DNA of 64,000 bases from contig JBHGAY010000010.1 of assembly GCA_041946735.1 (NCBI GenBank), forward strand, positions 1 to 64,000, in the 5' to 3' direction. The notes under the pieces are model-generated. The model saw nothing but the letters and a program-made list of their open reading frames with translations. It ran no database searches and was not told the origin of the DNA. This stretch comes from Candidatus Eiseniibacteriota bacterium (GTDB taxonomy: Bacteria; Eisenbacteria; RBG-16-71-46; CAIMUX01; VGJL01). The position numbers and the translations under genes were made by a program. Position 1 is the first letter of the stretch; every line of letters starts with the position of its first letter. Below are positions 30,712-40,953 of this stretch, one piece after another.

Positions 30712-32733
30712 TCAGCGGACGTAGATGAAGCGCCGGCACTGCTCCGCGTTCAGCGCGCCTCCGCCCTGATCGAGCAGCCGGCGGAGCTGCTGGGTCTGAG
30801 GGGACCAGGGCGTCCTTCGGAACGATTCCTCGATCCGTTCTCGTAGTCCCGCCTGGTCTCCCCGGCACCCGGCGAGCAACGCAAGACCGAGAAGCGCGCG
30901 CGGCTGCGAGGGATCGAGCGAGAGGGCTTCGCGATAGGCCTCTTCGGCTGCCCGGTCCTGGCCGGCTCGCCGCAGCAGATCGCCCCAGGTGGCCAGGTGC
31001 TCCGAATGCCGGGGCTCGGAGGCTACCATGCGGCGGCCTTCCTCGAACGCCAGGTCGTCCCGCCCGGCCAGGACGGCGGCAAGCGCGGCGCCATGATGCG
31101 CGAAGGCGGGGAGTCCGCCCGCCCGGGCCACTTCATCCGCGTAACGGGCGAGGCCGGTCGCGACATCCTCGCCGTTGCGTGCCGATCGGCTCATCTCGAG
31201 TCCGGCGGCCATGCGGTAGCTGATCCGGTCCTGGGGGTCGGATCGGATCGCATGCAGGGCGTCGTCGATCGCCGCCTCCTGGTGTCCCGCCTGCACGTCG
31301 GTGGTGAGGAGGAATCTCCACGTCTCCGCGCCGCTCTCCCGGCCGAAGAGCCGCGGCTCGGAGGCGACCCGGCGGATTCGTGCCTGCGCGGGACCGGGGC
31401 GGTGATTCGAATCGATCCAGAAACCGGCATGCAGGAGCCCGGTCAGCAGGAGTGCGCCGGCCAGGGCATCTCGGCCAGCCCGTCCCTGCCGTGAATCGCG
31501 GAGCGTCTCCGCGGCGCCAAACGCCGCCCACACGCCGATGGCGAGCGCGGGGATGGCGAAGACGTCCCAGTCCCGGACGAAGCCGAGCTGCGGATTCGCG
31601 GCGAGCAGGAACAGGGCGGGGCCGATCGCTAGGACCGAGAGGAACGTCCCTCTCGGCGCTTCGGGTCGCCGGTAGAGAGCGAGAAGAGCCGGAAGCACTG
31701 GAACGACGAGGAGCAGGACGTTGAGGACCTCGAGCAGGTGCAAAGGGGAGTCGATGCCATAGGCGGTTCGAGATGTCCACTGCCCGAGGGGCGGGAGAAA
31801 GCTGCCGCCGCGGCGCGCTTCGCGAACGAGATCGCCGAACGGGTAGCGCAGGATCGCCAGGGCGAGAAGCGTGAGAATCGGTAGCAGCAGAAGCGCAAAG
31901 GCCGCTTCACGGCGCCGGCCGGACCGATCGACGCGCCAGAGAAGGTAGAGGAAGGCGGGGGCGGCGAAGATGATCTGCGCGTGCGCGACAATCGCGAGCG
32001 CATAGGCGGCGGCCACGAGCCACGCCCGCCCCGAGGACAAACCGCCTGCAGGCTCGCGCCGCCCTTCCAGCCGTTCGAGGGCGAGCGCGGCAAAGACCAG
32101 GAAGAGCGCCACTCCGACGCCGTAGTACTCCGCGTACCCGGAGTACAGCTGCAAGACGCCACCGGTGACGACCGCGGAGAGCACGAGCAGACGAGCGGCG
32201 TCTCCCTCGTCGGATCGCGAAGGCCCGGAAGGTCCCAACCGGATCAGCCGCGCCGAAGCTGCCAGGTAGATCGCGCCGAAGAGAACGCCGAGGGCCGAGA
32301 AGGTTGCGTGGGCGGAGAGCCCGAGGGGAGCCGAAACGTGAGCATGGACCGCGCGCACGATGCCTTGAGCGAGGGGCTCCCGGTGGGCGCCGCCTGCGAC
32401 GCGCACCCCCTTCTCGAGGGCGGCGAGATAGGTCTGCGTGTCGCCCAGCAGGATGTTGCGCGAGCCGAGCAGGAGCAGGACTCCGAGGAGGAGCGCTCCC
32501 AGCGAAGCCGTGGCGGCCCGGGATCGAGAGAGCCGGCACGCGAGAAAGGCGGAGCGGCGCGCTACGGGTGGGAGGAGAACGACGGCGAAGAGAACGATGC
32601 CCAGCACGCGGAGCCACGTGGAGCGGTCGGTCAGGGAGTCGAGGCCCCAGAGCCACGGAGACGGCAGGAAGGTTGCGGCTGCCCGCACGAGGAGCAGGCC
32701 GATCAGTGCCGCGTAGGCGATCCGGAGGCGCAC
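30712..32733 (-). CDS. Polytopic membrane protein with C-terminal TPR repeats
   Basis: More than ten hydrophobic segments, luminal motifs LLGDTQTY and RDWDVF, and TPR-like ATWGDLLRRAGQDRAAEEAYREALSLDP. Confidence 0.75.
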   Translation of the reverse strand: MRLRIAYAALIGLLLVRAAATFLPSPWLWGLDSLTDRSTWLRVLGIVLFAVVLLPPVARRSAFLACRLSRSRAATASLGALLLGVLLLLGSRNILLGDTQTYLAALEKGVRVAGGAHREPLAQGIVRAVHAHVSAPLGLSAHATFSALGVLFGAIYLAASARLIRLGPSGPSRSDEGDAARLLVLSAVVTGGVLQLYSGYAEYYGVGVALFLVFAALALERLEGRREPAGGLSSGRAWLVAAAYALAIVAHAQIIFAAPAFLYLLWRVDRSGRRREAAFALLLLPILTLLALAILRYPFGDLVREARRGGSFLPPLGQWTSRTAYGIDSPLHLLEVLNVLLLVVPVLPALLALYRRPEAPRGTFLSVLAIGPALFLLAANPQLGFVRDWDVFAIPALAIGVWAAFGAAETLRDSRQGRAGRDALAGALLLTGLLHAGFWIDSNHRPGPAQARIRRVASEPRLFGRESGAETWRFLLTTDVQAGHQEAAIDDALHAIRSDPQDRISYRMAAGLEMSRSARNGEDVATGLARYADEVARAGGLPAFAHHGAALAAVLAGRDDLAFEEGRRMVASEPRHSEHLATWGDLLRRAGQDRAAEEAYREALSLDPSQPRALLGLALLAGCRGDQAGLRERIEESFRRTPWSPQTQQLRRLLDQGGGALNAEQCRRFIYVR

Positions 32734-32850
32734 GGCGGCGAGTGTAGCCGATCGTCCGCCAGCCTCGGACTCAGACGTCCGGAGAGATCCGAAAAAGGAG
32801 GAGCAGGCGGAGCGCCGGGAGGATGATCCGGCGGGGGAGCGGGCGATCGG

Positions 32851-33054
32851 CTACTCCTTCTTGCCGGCGACCCGCACGCTCACCTGGTACTCGGCGATCG
32901 ACCCTCCGTCGATCCGGCCGCGCACCTCCTTCACCTCGAACCAGTAGACCTTTTCGAGCATCCTGCCTGCTTCGGTCACGGCCGCCTGGACCGCCTCCTC
33001 GATCGAGCGAGGGCTGGTCCCGACCAGGTCGGCGAACTGGAAAACTCCTGCCAT
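32851..33054 (-). CDS. Dodecin family flavin-binding protein
   Basis: 67 aa: LVGTSPRSIEEAVQAAV..WFEVKEVRGRI..EYQV. GGAGGAG upstream of ATG 33054. Confidence 0.92.
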   Translation of the reverse strand: MAGVFQFADLVGTSPRSIEEAVQAAVTEAGRMLEKVYWFEVKEVRGRIDGGSIAEYQVSVRVAGKKE

Positions 33055-33315
33055 CGGTCGCTCCTCCCGCCTGCTGGGCGGCTCTGGGTTCTGACTCTTC
33101 CCCGGCTGCCTCCCCTCTCTGCCGACCGCGCGGCGGGCTATTTGTGGACGGCCCCGGGGAGGGTTGCGGGCGTCCGGGCGCGCGGGCAAGCAGAGAACCC
33201 CAGCATCCGACGAGGGATACGGGACACCCGACAGGCGCAGACGTCGCGACGCCGAAGATAGCATGCGCAGTTTCCGGAGGCTTTTTCTCTTGCGCTGTTC
33301 TTGCGTGCCGTGGAA

Positions 33316-33331
33316 TCATACAAACGTATGA
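33316..33331. promoter_or_regulatory. Palindromic operator TCATAC-AAAC-GTATGA overlapping the TetR start codon
   Basis: Perfect 6-4-6 inverted repeat whose right arm contains ATG 33328. Confidence 0.7.
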
Positions 33332-33942
33332 AACAGGAGAAGGCGACCCGGGATGCTCTGATCGACGCCGGAATCCTCGCGTTCGCGCGGCGCGGCTTCG
33401 AGGGGGCATCGATCCGGGAGATCACGAAGGCGGCGGGAGCCAATCTGGGAGCAGTGACCTACCACTTCGGCGGCAAGCAGGAGTTGTATCTCGCGGTCCT
33501 CGAGAGGCTGACCGCGTCCTTCCGCGAGGCGATCGAGGAGGAGCGGTCCCGTCCGATCCCGCCGATCGAGAGGATCGAGTCGGTCGTCCGTCTCCTCTTC
33601 GCCCACCTGTCCTCGCGGCCGGCCGTCGGCGCGCTGCTCCTTCAGGAGCTGTCGGTGGAGCGCCCGATCCCGAGCCCGATCCGAGCGCTCATGGAGACGA
33701 ACGTCGGGACCCTCCAAGGCCTCATTCGTCAGGGCCAGACGGACGGATCGATCGCTGCGGGGGACTCCGAACTGATGGCGCTCAGCGTCGCCGCGCAGCC
33801 GATCTACTACGTGCTCGCCCTCAAGCCGCTTCGCGAGGTGATCGGGATCGACCCCCGCGATCCCGCCGCGTCCGAGCGGATCCTCGATACCATCCTCGCC
33901 CTCGTTCGAAGGAGCCTCGAAGCTCCGGGGAGATCGCGATGA
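33328..33942 (+). CDS. TetR/AcrR family regulator (CecR/YbiH-like context)
   Basis: TRDALIDAGILAFARRGFEGASIREITKAAGANLGAVTYHFGGKQELY helix-turn-helix. First gene of the efflux operon. Confidence 0.93.
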   Translation: MKQEKATRDALIDAGILAFARRGFEGASIREITKAAGANLGAVTYHFGGKQELYLAVLERLTASFREAIEEERSRPIPPIERIESVVRLLFAHLSSRPAVGALLLQELSVERPIPSPIRALMETNVGTLQGLIRQGQTDGSIAAGDSELMALSVAAQPIYYVLALKPLREVIGIDPRDPAASERILDTILALVRRSLEAPGRSR

Positions 33943-35513
33943 CCTTTCGTCCTCCTCTCTCGCGGCGCCTATGCGTCGTGACGCTCCTCGCCGGCCTTCC
34001 TTGGGCGGCGCACGCGGTCACGGAGGGTCCCACCGGGCCGCCCCGTGCGCCGTCGGCCGCTGCCGCACCGGCCGCCGCCGCACCGGCCGCTGCCGCACCG
34101 GCCGCCGCCGCACCGGCCGCTGCCCCGCCGGCCGCTGCCCCGCCGGCCGCCGCCCCGCCGGCCGCCGCCCCGCCGGCCGCCGCCGAGCCTCTCGCCCCGG
34201 CCGAGAGAGCTGCCGCCGGCCGGGCGGAAGCCCCGGGCCCCACCAACGTTCTCCGGCCCGCCGACGCGGTGCGACTGGCGCTGACCCACGACCCGTCGAT
34301 CTCGGCGGCGCGCGAGGGGGCGGCCGGCGCTGCCGCCGCAGTGTCGGAAGCGCAAGCGGATGGCTGGCCCTTCCTGCGCCTCGCCGGCGCAGCTACCCGC
34401 TACCAGAAGCCGATGCTCGTCACGCCGATTCACGGCTTGGGTGGCGGGTCTTTGCCTCCGTTCGACCGGACGATCCTCACCGGCTCGGCGACGCTCGGCT
34501 ACCTGCTCTTCGATGGGGGAGGACGAGGCGCCCGCGTCGGCGAAGCGCGACATGCGGAATCCTCTGCTGAGGCGGCCGTGCGCGAGGCGGAGCAGGCGAC
34601 GATCGCGGAGGTGCTCGCCGCCTACCTCGACGCGCGGGCAGCGGGCGAGGCGGTGCAGGCGCACGACCTCCGCATCGAGGCGCTCCGCTCGGAGCGCGAG
34701 CGGGTCTCCCGCCGCCTGATCGAGGGGAAGGCAGCGCGAGTCGAGCTGCTCCGCGCCGAAGCGGCGGTCGCGGCCGCGCAGGCGGACCGCGAGGCTGAGG
34801 CGGCGGGGCTCGAGGTCGCCGAACGGCGCCTGGCGACCTTGATCCAGGAGCCGGTCGATTCAACCCGCTTCTCCCGGCTCATCGCCGTATCGCTTCGCGA
34901 CGGCGGGATCGAGGATCGCAACCGCCTCGTGCAGCGGGCGCTGGACTCCAACGCTTCCGTCGCGCGCCAGCGGGAGGAGGCACGCGCAGCGGGCTCGAGA
35001 CGGGACGCCGTCGCAAGCCGGCGCTGGCCGGAGGTTCGCCTCGCCGGCAACCTGCTGCTCTACAGCAATGCCGAGGATGCGGACGCCGAGGAGTGGAATG
35101 CGGGCGCCCAGCTCAGCGCTCCGCTCTTCACCGGGGGAGCGATCTCGAGCGCGATACGCCGGGCCGAAGCGGGGGAACGGGCGGCTGCCGCGCGCCTGCG
35201 CGCGACCGAGGACCGGGTCCGTAGCGAGATCGATCGCGCGCTGGCCGCTATCGAGGAGACGCAGGCTCGCGTCCGAAGCCTGGAGACCGCGGTCGCGAGC
35301 TACGAGGAGGTCGCGCGGATCGAAGCGCTGTCGCTCGAGGCGGGATCGGCGACGCAGAACGACTACCTGCAGGCCGAAGCGCAGCTTCTTCTCGCCCGAG
35401 CGAACCGCATTCGGGCAGCCAACGCGGAAGTCCAGGCGCGCGTCGCGCTCGCGCGTCTGATCGGCGTTCTCGATCCCGCATGGATCGAGGAGAGCCTGGA
35501 GGCGAACCGATGA
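33939..35513 (+). CDS. TolC family outer-membrane efflux protein with an Ala/Pro linker
   Basis: Signal peptide; AVRLALTHDP, YLLFDGG, APLFTGG and final VALARLIG; operon context. Confidence 0.9.
   Translation: MTFRPPLSRRLCVVTLLAGLPWAAHAVTEGPTGPPRAPSAAAAPAAAAPAAAAPAAAAPAAAPPAAAPPAAAPPAAAPPAAAEPLAPAERAAAGRAEAPGPTNVLRPADAVRLALTHDPSISAAREGAAGAAAAVSEAQADGWPFLRLAGAATRYQKPMLVTPIHGLGGGSLPPFDRTILTGSATLGYLLFDGGGRGARVGEARHAESSAEAAVREAEQATIAEVLAAYLDARAAGEAVQAHDLRIEALRSERERVSRRLIEGKAARVELLRAEAAVAAAQADREAEAAGLEVAERRLATLIQEPVDSTRFSRLIAVSLRDGGIEDRNRLVQRALDSNASVARQREEARAAGSRRDAVASRRWPEVRLAGNLLLYSNAEDADAEEWNAGAQLSAPLFTGGAISSAIRRAEAGERAAAARLRATEDRVRSEIDRALAAIEETQARVRSLETAVASYEEVARIEALSLEAGSATQNDYLQAEAQLLLARANRIRAANAEVQARVALARLIGVLDPAWIEESLEANR
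34054..34184 (+). repeat. In-frame 15-bp tandem repeat, 8 full units, encoding (AAAAP)4(AAAPP)4
   Basis: CGGCCGCYGCC(G/C)C(A/G)C units directly visible from 34054. Confidence 0.92.
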
Positions 35514-36529
35514 ACCATCGAGTCAAGGGCGGACGTCGCGCGCTCCTGCTGGCGCTGCTTCTCGGTCTCGCCGCCGTGGCCGCAGTCCTGTTGTGGGGAC
35601 GTGGCAGAGACGCCGAAGGACTGCGCGCCTCGGGGACGATCGAGGCGACCGAAGCGAGGCTGGGGTTTCCGAGCCCCGGAAGAATCGAAGTGGTGGAAGT
35701 CCGCGAGGGGGAGACGGTCGCCCGGGGGCAGCAGCTCGCCCGTCTGGACCGGCAGGAAGCGCAGGCGCGCCGCGACCAGGCGTTGGCGCAGCTGGAGAGC
35801 GCCCGGGCCGTGCTCGCGGAGCTGGAGTCGGGCAGCCGCCCGGAGGAGATCGCGCAGGCGCGGGCTGCCCGGGCGGCCGCCGTCGAGAAAGCGCGGGACG
35901 CGGAGCGTGACCTCGTGCGGACCCGCTCCCTCGAGGAGGCGGGCGCGACAAGCCGGGAATCGCGCGACAAGGCGGAGCTGGCGGTGGAGGTCGCGAACGC
36001 GCAGCTCCGCACCGCGGAGGAACAGCTCCGGCTCGTCGAGGCCGGACCAAGGAAGGAGCGGATCGACGCGCAACGGGCCGGGGTGGAGCAGGCCGAGGCG
36101 GCCGTCGAAGCGTACGAGGCGGCGCTGCAGAATCTGACGATCGTCGCGCCGTTCGACGGCATCGTGACCGTGCGCGGAGCGGAGGCCGGCGAGATCGTTC
36201 CGGCGGGCGCCGCCGTCCTCACCCTCATGAACCCTGGCGACCGGTGGGTGCGGATCTACGTGCCTGAGACGCGCATCGGCGCGGTGCGGCTCGGCCACCC
36301 CGCGCGCATCACGACCGACACGTTTCCCGACCGGCGTTACACGGGAGAGGTGTCGTTCATCGCGTCGGAGGCGGAGTTTACGCCGAAGTCGGTGCAGACG
36401 AGCGAAGAGAGGGTGCGGTTGGTCTACGCGGTCAAGGTGCGGATCGTCGGCGACGCGGCCAACGAGCTGAAGCCGGGCATGCCTGCAGACGTAGTGCTGC
36501 CGGCGGTCGATGGGGAAGGAGGCCGCTAG
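35510..36529 (+). CDS. HlyD/YbhG-like periplasmic adaptor
   Basis: TM anchor; ASGTIEA, VREGETVARGQ, IVAPFDG, EAEFTPKSVQT and LKPGMPAD. Confidence 0.93.
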   Translation: MNHRVKGGRRALLLALLLGLAAVAAVLLWGRGRDAEGLRASGTIEATEARLGFPSPGRIEVVEVREGETVARGQQLARLDRQEAQARRDQALAQLESARAVLAELESGSRPEEIAQARAARAAAVEKARDAERDLVRTRSLEEAGATSRESRDKAELAVEVANAQLRTAEEQLRLVEAGPRKERIDAQRAGVEQAEAAVEAYEAALQNLTIVAPFDGIVTVRGAEAGEIVPAGAAVLTLMNPGDRWVRIYVPETRIGAVRLGHPARITTDTFPDRRYTGEVSFIASEAEFTPKSVQTSEERVRLVYAVKVRIVGDAANELKPGMPADVVLPAVDGEGGR

Positions 36530-36530
36530 G

Positions 36531-37514
36531 GTGCCGGATTCCTCCCCGGGGTTCGTTCGCGCCGACTCGCTCACGCGCCGGTTCGGCGACATCCTCGCCG
36601 TGGACCGGCTGTCGTTCTCGGTCGATCGAGGCGAACTCTTCGGTCTCGTCGGCCCCGATGGCGCGGGCAAGACGACCACCCTGCGGATGCTGGCCGGGGT
36701 GCTGCGGCCGACGAGCGGCGAAGCGTGGCTCGACCGGCTGTCGATCGCGCGCGATCCCGAGAAGGGGAAGCAGCGGATCGCATACATGCCGCAGCGTTTC
36801 GGCCTGTATGGCGATCTCACCGTCCTCGAGAATCTCCATTTCTATGCGGACCTCTACCGCGTCCCGCGCCGGGAGCGGCCGGAGCGGCTCGAGCGGCTTT
36901 TCCGCTTCTCGCAGCTCGCTCCGTTCCAGGACCGCCTGGCGGGCCGGCTTTCCGGAGGGATGAAGCAGAAGCTGGCGCTGTCCTGCGCGCTGATCCATCA
37001 GCCGGAGGTCCTGCTGCTCGACGAACCGACCTTCGGAGTCGACCCGGTTTCGCGGCGCGACCTGTGGCTGATCGTCCATGAAATGGTGGCGAGCGGCGTG
37101 ACCGTGATCGCCTCGACCGCCTATCTGGACGAGGCGGAGCGGTTCGACCGGATCGCGCTGCTGCATCACGGGGTCGCGCTCGACGTCGCGGCGCCGGCGG
37201 ATCTGATCGCATCGATCAAAGAGGAGATCCTCGAGGTCCGGGTGGACCGCGTCCGGGAGGCGAAGGCTGCCGTCGAGCGGCTGGCCGGCGTGCGGCGGAC
37301 GACGATCTTCGGCGAGCGGCTGCACGTGACGATGGCGGGGAGAAGCGGCGGTGGGGCGGCGGGCGCCGCGGCGGGCGCCGCCGCCGCCGCGGCCGCAGCG
37401 ATCGAGGGGGCGCTCGAGCAGGCGGGCTTTGCGGTCCAGTCGGTCGGGCGCGTGGAGCCGTCCCTCGAGGACCTCTTCATCGAGCGGGTCTCGGGCGAGG
37501 AGAGCCGCGAATGA
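36531..37514 (+). CDS. ABC transporter ATP-binding protein 1 (YbhF N-half-like)
   Basis: GPDGAGKTT, LSGGMKQK and LLLDEPTFGVDP. Start is GTG 36531 or ATG 36510. Confidence 0.93.
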   Translation: MPDSSPGFVRADSLTRRFGDILAVDRLSFSVDRGELFGLVGPDGAGKTTTLRMLAGVLRPTSGEAWLDRLSIARDPEKGKQRIAYMPQRFGLYGDLTVLENLHFYADLYRVPRRERPERLERLFRFSQLAPFQDRLAGRLSGGMKQKLALSCALIHQPEVLLLDEPTFGVDPVSRRDLWLIVHEMVASGVTVIASTAYLDEAERFDRIALLHHGVALDVAAPADLIASIKEEILEVRVDRVREAKAAVERLAGVRRTTIFGERLHVTMAGRSGGGAAGAAAGAAAAAAAAIEGALEQAGFAVQSVGRVEPSLEDLFIERVSGEESRE

Positions 37515-38461
37515 GCGGGAACGAGGCGGCCCCGGCGATCGAGGTGCGGGAGCTGACGAAGCGCTACGGCAGGTTCGTCGCGGTCGACCGCGTCAGCTTC
37601 GAGGTGCAGGCGGGGGAGGTCTTCGGCTTCCTCGGTCCGAACGGGGCGGGAAAGACGACGACGATCAAGATGCTCGCCGGGCTGGTGGCACCGAGCGGCG
37701 GGAGCGCGCGAGTGGCGAGCCGCGACGTGCGGCGCGAGACCGAAGCGGTCAAGCGCTCGATCGGCTACATGTCCCAGCTCTTCTCGCTCTACCCCGATCT
37801 CACGGTCGGCGAGAACATCGCGCTCTTCAGCGGACTCTATGGAGTCCCTCACGACCGGCGGGCGCGACGGCGCGACTGGGTGATCTCGATGGCGGGGCTC
37901 GAAGGGAAGGAGGGACGGAGAACCGGAGATCTGCCGCTGGGCTGGAAGCAGCGCCTGGCGCTCGGCTGCGCGATGCTCCACGAGCCGCCGGTCCTCTTTC
38001 TCGACGAGCCGACCTCGGGCGTCGATCCGATCTCGCGCCGGAGCTTCTGGGACCGGATCTACGAGATGGCTGGACGCGGGACGACAGTCCTCGTCTCGAC
38101 CCACTACATGGAGGAGGCGGAGTACTGCCATCGCCTCGCGCTCATGAACCGCGGTCGGCTGGTCGCCGTCGACTCCCCACGATCGCTCCGCGAGGGGATG
38201 CGCGAGCCGATCCTCTCGCTCCGCACGTCGAACAGCGCGGCGGCGATCGAGGCGGTGCAAGGCCTCGAGGGGGTGCTGGAGGCGGGAATGTTCGGCCGCG
38301 CGGTGCACGTGATCGTCGCGCCGGGAGAGACCCCCCGGCTGCGCGGACGGATCACGGAAGCGCTCGCCGCCGCCCGCGTCGAACTGCAGGCGGTCGACGA
38401 GGTCGAGCCGAGCCTCGAGGATCTCTTCATCGCGCGCATCCGCGCGGCGGAGCGGACGTGA
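37511..38461 (+). CDS. ABC transporter ATP-binding protein 2 (YbhF C-half-like)
   Basis: GPNGAGKTT, LPLGWKQR, FLDEPTSGVDP and STHYMEEAE. Confidence 0.94.
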   Translation: MSGNEAAPAIEVRELTKRYGRFVAVDRVSFEVQAGEVFGFLGPNGAGKTTTIKMLAGLVAPSGGSARVASRDVRRETEAVKRSIGYMSQLFSLYPDLTVGENIALFSGLYGVPHDRRARRRDWVISMAGLEGKEGRRTGDLPLGWKQRLALGCAMLHEPPVLFLDEPTSGVDPISRRSFWDRIYEMAGRGTTVLVSTHYMEEAEYCHRLALMNRGRLVAVDSPRSLREGMREPILSLRTSNSAAAIEAVQGLEGVLEAGMFGRAVHVIVAPGETPRLRGRITEALAAARVELQAVDEVEPSLEDLFIARIRAAERT

Positions 38462-39660
38462 GCTTGCGGGTCGATCCGGTCCGGCTGGCGGCGATGGCGC
38501 GGAAGGAGGCGATCCAGCTCTCGCGTGACGCGCGCAGCATGATCCTGGCCTTCCTGCTCCCCGTGCTGCTGCTGATCCTCTTCGGCTACGCCATCCAGTG
38601 GGAGGTGGAGTCCGTGCCGGTCGCCGTGCTCGATCAGGACCGGACGGCGCGCAGCCGGGAGCTGGTCGATCTCTTCCGGGCGTCGCGTTCCTTCGTCCTC
38701 CTGGGGCATCTCGAGGATGCTGCGGAGATCGACCCGTTGCTCACGTCGGGGCGCGCCGCGCTGGTCCTCGTGATTCCGCCCGGCTTCGCTGCCGACCTCG
38801 AGACGGGCCGGCCGGCGCCGGTGCAGGCGATCGTCGACGGTTCCGACGCGAACACCGCGTCGATCGTCCTTTCCTACGTTCAAGGGATCACGCAGAGCTA
38901 CGGGCAGCGGGTTCGTCTTGCCGCGCGGGTGCCGGGAGGGGCGGGCGGACCGACGGCCGGAGGAGCGGGCGGAGGAGCGGGTGGGATGCCGGCGAGAGCG
39001 CCGCAGCCGGGGAGCGGGGCGGTCACCGCCGAGACGCGCATCTGGTACAACGAAGAGCTGAGCAGCCGCAACATGATCGTTCCGGGGCTCGTCGCCGTGA
39101 TCATGATGATCATCGCCGCGATCCTCACCTCGCTGACCATCGCTCGCGAGTGGGAGCGCGGCACGATGGAGCAGCTCGCCTCGACGCCCGTCACGCGGCT
39201 CGAGGTGATCGTCGGCAAGCTCCTGCCGTATCTCGCGATCGGGATGATCGACGTCGCGGTCTGCACGATCTTGGGCGTCGCGCTCTTCGGTGTGCCGTTC
39301 CGCGGCAGCCCCTGGCTGCTCGCCGTCCTCTCCTTCTTCTTCCTGGCCGGCGCCCTCGGGCTCGGGATCTTCATCTCTTCGGTCGCGCGCACGCAGCTAC
39401 TCGCCACGCAGATGGCGATGGTCGCGACGTTCATGCCCGCCTATCTCCTCTCGGGATTCATGTTCTCGATCGACGTGATGCCGGCTCCGCTGCGGCTCGT
39501 CACCCTGGTCGTGCCTGCGCGCTACTTCCTGGTCGTCACCCGCGGGATCTTCCTCAAGGGGGTCGGCGTGGATGTGCTGTTCGTGCCGGGACTGTCGATG
39601 GTCGCGTTCATGGCGGCCGGGCTTGCGCTGGCCGTCCGCGGCTTCCGCAAGGAGCTGTGA
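38458..39660 (+). CDS. ABC-2 permease (YbhS-like)
   Basis: RKEAIQLSRD, LFGYA, VDGSDAN, IAREWERGTMEQL and LSGFMF. Confidence 0.92.
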   Translation: MSLRVDPVRLAAMARKEAIQLSRDARSMILAFLLPVLLLILFGYAIQWEVESVPVAVLDQDRTARSRELVDLFRASRSFVLLGHLEDAAEIDPLLTSGRAALVLVIPPGFAADLETGRPAPVQAIVDGSDANTASIVLSYVQGITQSYGQRVRLAARVPGGAGGPTAGGAGGGAGGMPARAPQPGSGAVTAETRIWYNEELSSRNMIVPGLVAVIMMIIAAILTSLTIAREWERGTMEQLASTPVTRLEVIVGKLLPYLAIGMIDVAVCTILGVALFGVPFRGSPWLLAVLSFFFLAGALGLGIFISSVARTQLLATQMAMVATFMPAYLLSGFMFSIDVMPAPLRLVTLVVPARYFLVVTRGIFLKGVGVDVLFVPGLSMVAFMAAGLALAVRGFRKEL

Positions 39661-40901
39661 TGGCGGGAGTGAATGGAACGGAGGAAAGGCGGGCCGCGAC
39701 GCGCCGCGCTCGCTGGTGGCGGCTCTCCGGCCCCTTGCGGTCGGGGACCGTCGAGCGAACCGGGCAAATGGTCCGCAAGGAGCTGCTTCAGACCCTTCGC
39801 GATGCGCGGCTGCGCCGGATGCTCATCCTCGCCCCGCTCGTCCAGCTGATCGTTTTCGGTTACGCCGTTTCGACCGACCTGCGGCAGACGAAGACGATCG
39901 TGGTCGACCAGGACCGGACCAGCGCGTCGCGCGAGCTGATCGAGGCCTTTCAGGCATCCGGGTACTTTCGCGTCGTCGGGTGGTCGGACCGTCCCGGCGC
40001 GATCGTCGAGGCGCTCGACCGCGGCCGCGCCGTCCTCGGATTGCAGATCCCGCCCGGATTCGCTCGCGATGCCGCGCGCGGCGAGGCGAGGGTACAGATC
40101 CTGATCGACGGGACGAACTCGAACACGGCAACCCTCGCGCAGTCCTACGCGATGCGGATCGTCGGCCAGTACGGCGCTTCGATCGCCCGGGGGGGCGGAG
40201 GCGCAGGTGTTCGTGCGCTCGCGACGCCGGGGGTGGGGCAGGCCGCCGTCGCGATCCCCTCGCTCGACCTGCGGGAGCGCGCCTGGTTCAACCCGGGACT
40301 CGTCAGCCGCAACTACAACGTTCCGGCCGTCGCCGGCTTCATCACGCTGCTGTTCTGCCTCCTGCTGACCTCGCTCGCCGTCGTGCGGGAGCGGGAGCTG
40401 GGCACGCTCGAGCAGCTTCGCGTGACGCCGCTTCGCCCTTCGGAGCTGATCGCGGGAAAGACGATCCCATTCGGACTGATCGGCCTGCTCGACCTCGCGC
40501 TCGTGCTCGCCGTCGCGATCCTCTGGTTCGGAATCCCGTTTCGCGGGAGCTTCCTGCTTCTGCTCGGCGGCAGCGTGCTGTTCCTCGTCTCGGCGCTGGG
40601 GATGGGTCTCCTCGTATCGACCCTGGCGAGCACGCAGCAGGAGGCGTTCATGGTCACCTTCCTGATCCTGATGCCGACGATCCTGCTCTCCGGCTTTCTG
40701 TTCCCGGTAAAGAGCATGCCGCTCGTCTTCCAGTGGGCCACGCTCCTGATTCCGTTGCGCCACTACCTCGACGTCGTGCGCGGGGTTTTCTTGAAGGGGG
40801 CGGGATTCCGCGTCCTCTGGCCGCAGCTGCTCGCGCTCGCCGTGATGGGCGTCGCGTTCCTCGGGATCGCGGTCGCCCGCTTTCGCAAGCAGACCGGGTA
40901 G
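39660..40901 (+). CDS. ABC-2 permease (YbhR-like)
   Basis: RKELLQTLRD, IDGTNSN, WFNP, VRERELGTLEQL and LSGFLFP. Confidence 0.92.
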   Translation: MAGVNGTEERRAATRRARWWRLSGPLRSGTVERTGQMVRKELLQTLRDARLRRMLILAPLVQLIVFGYAVSTDLRQTKTIVVDQDRTSASRELIEAFQASGYFRVVGWSDRPGAIVEALDRGRAVLGLQIPPGFARDAARGEARVQILIDGTNSNTATLAQSYAMRIVGQYGASIARGGGGAGVRALATPGVGQAAVAIPSLDLRERAWFNPGLVSRNYNVPAVAGFITLLFCLLLTSLAVVRERELGTLEQLRVTPLRPSELIAGKTIPFGLIGLLDLALVLAVAILWFGIPFRGSFLLLLGGSVLFLVSALGMGLLVSTLASTQQEAFMVTFLILMPTILLSGFLFPVKSMPLVFQWATLLIPLRHYLDVVRGVFLKGAGFRVLWPQLLALAVMGVAFLGIAVARFRKQTG

Positions 40902-40953
40902 GCCGGGTGATGCGAGCCCCCGGACGGTCTGGACGGGAGCGTCCGTTGGGCGA

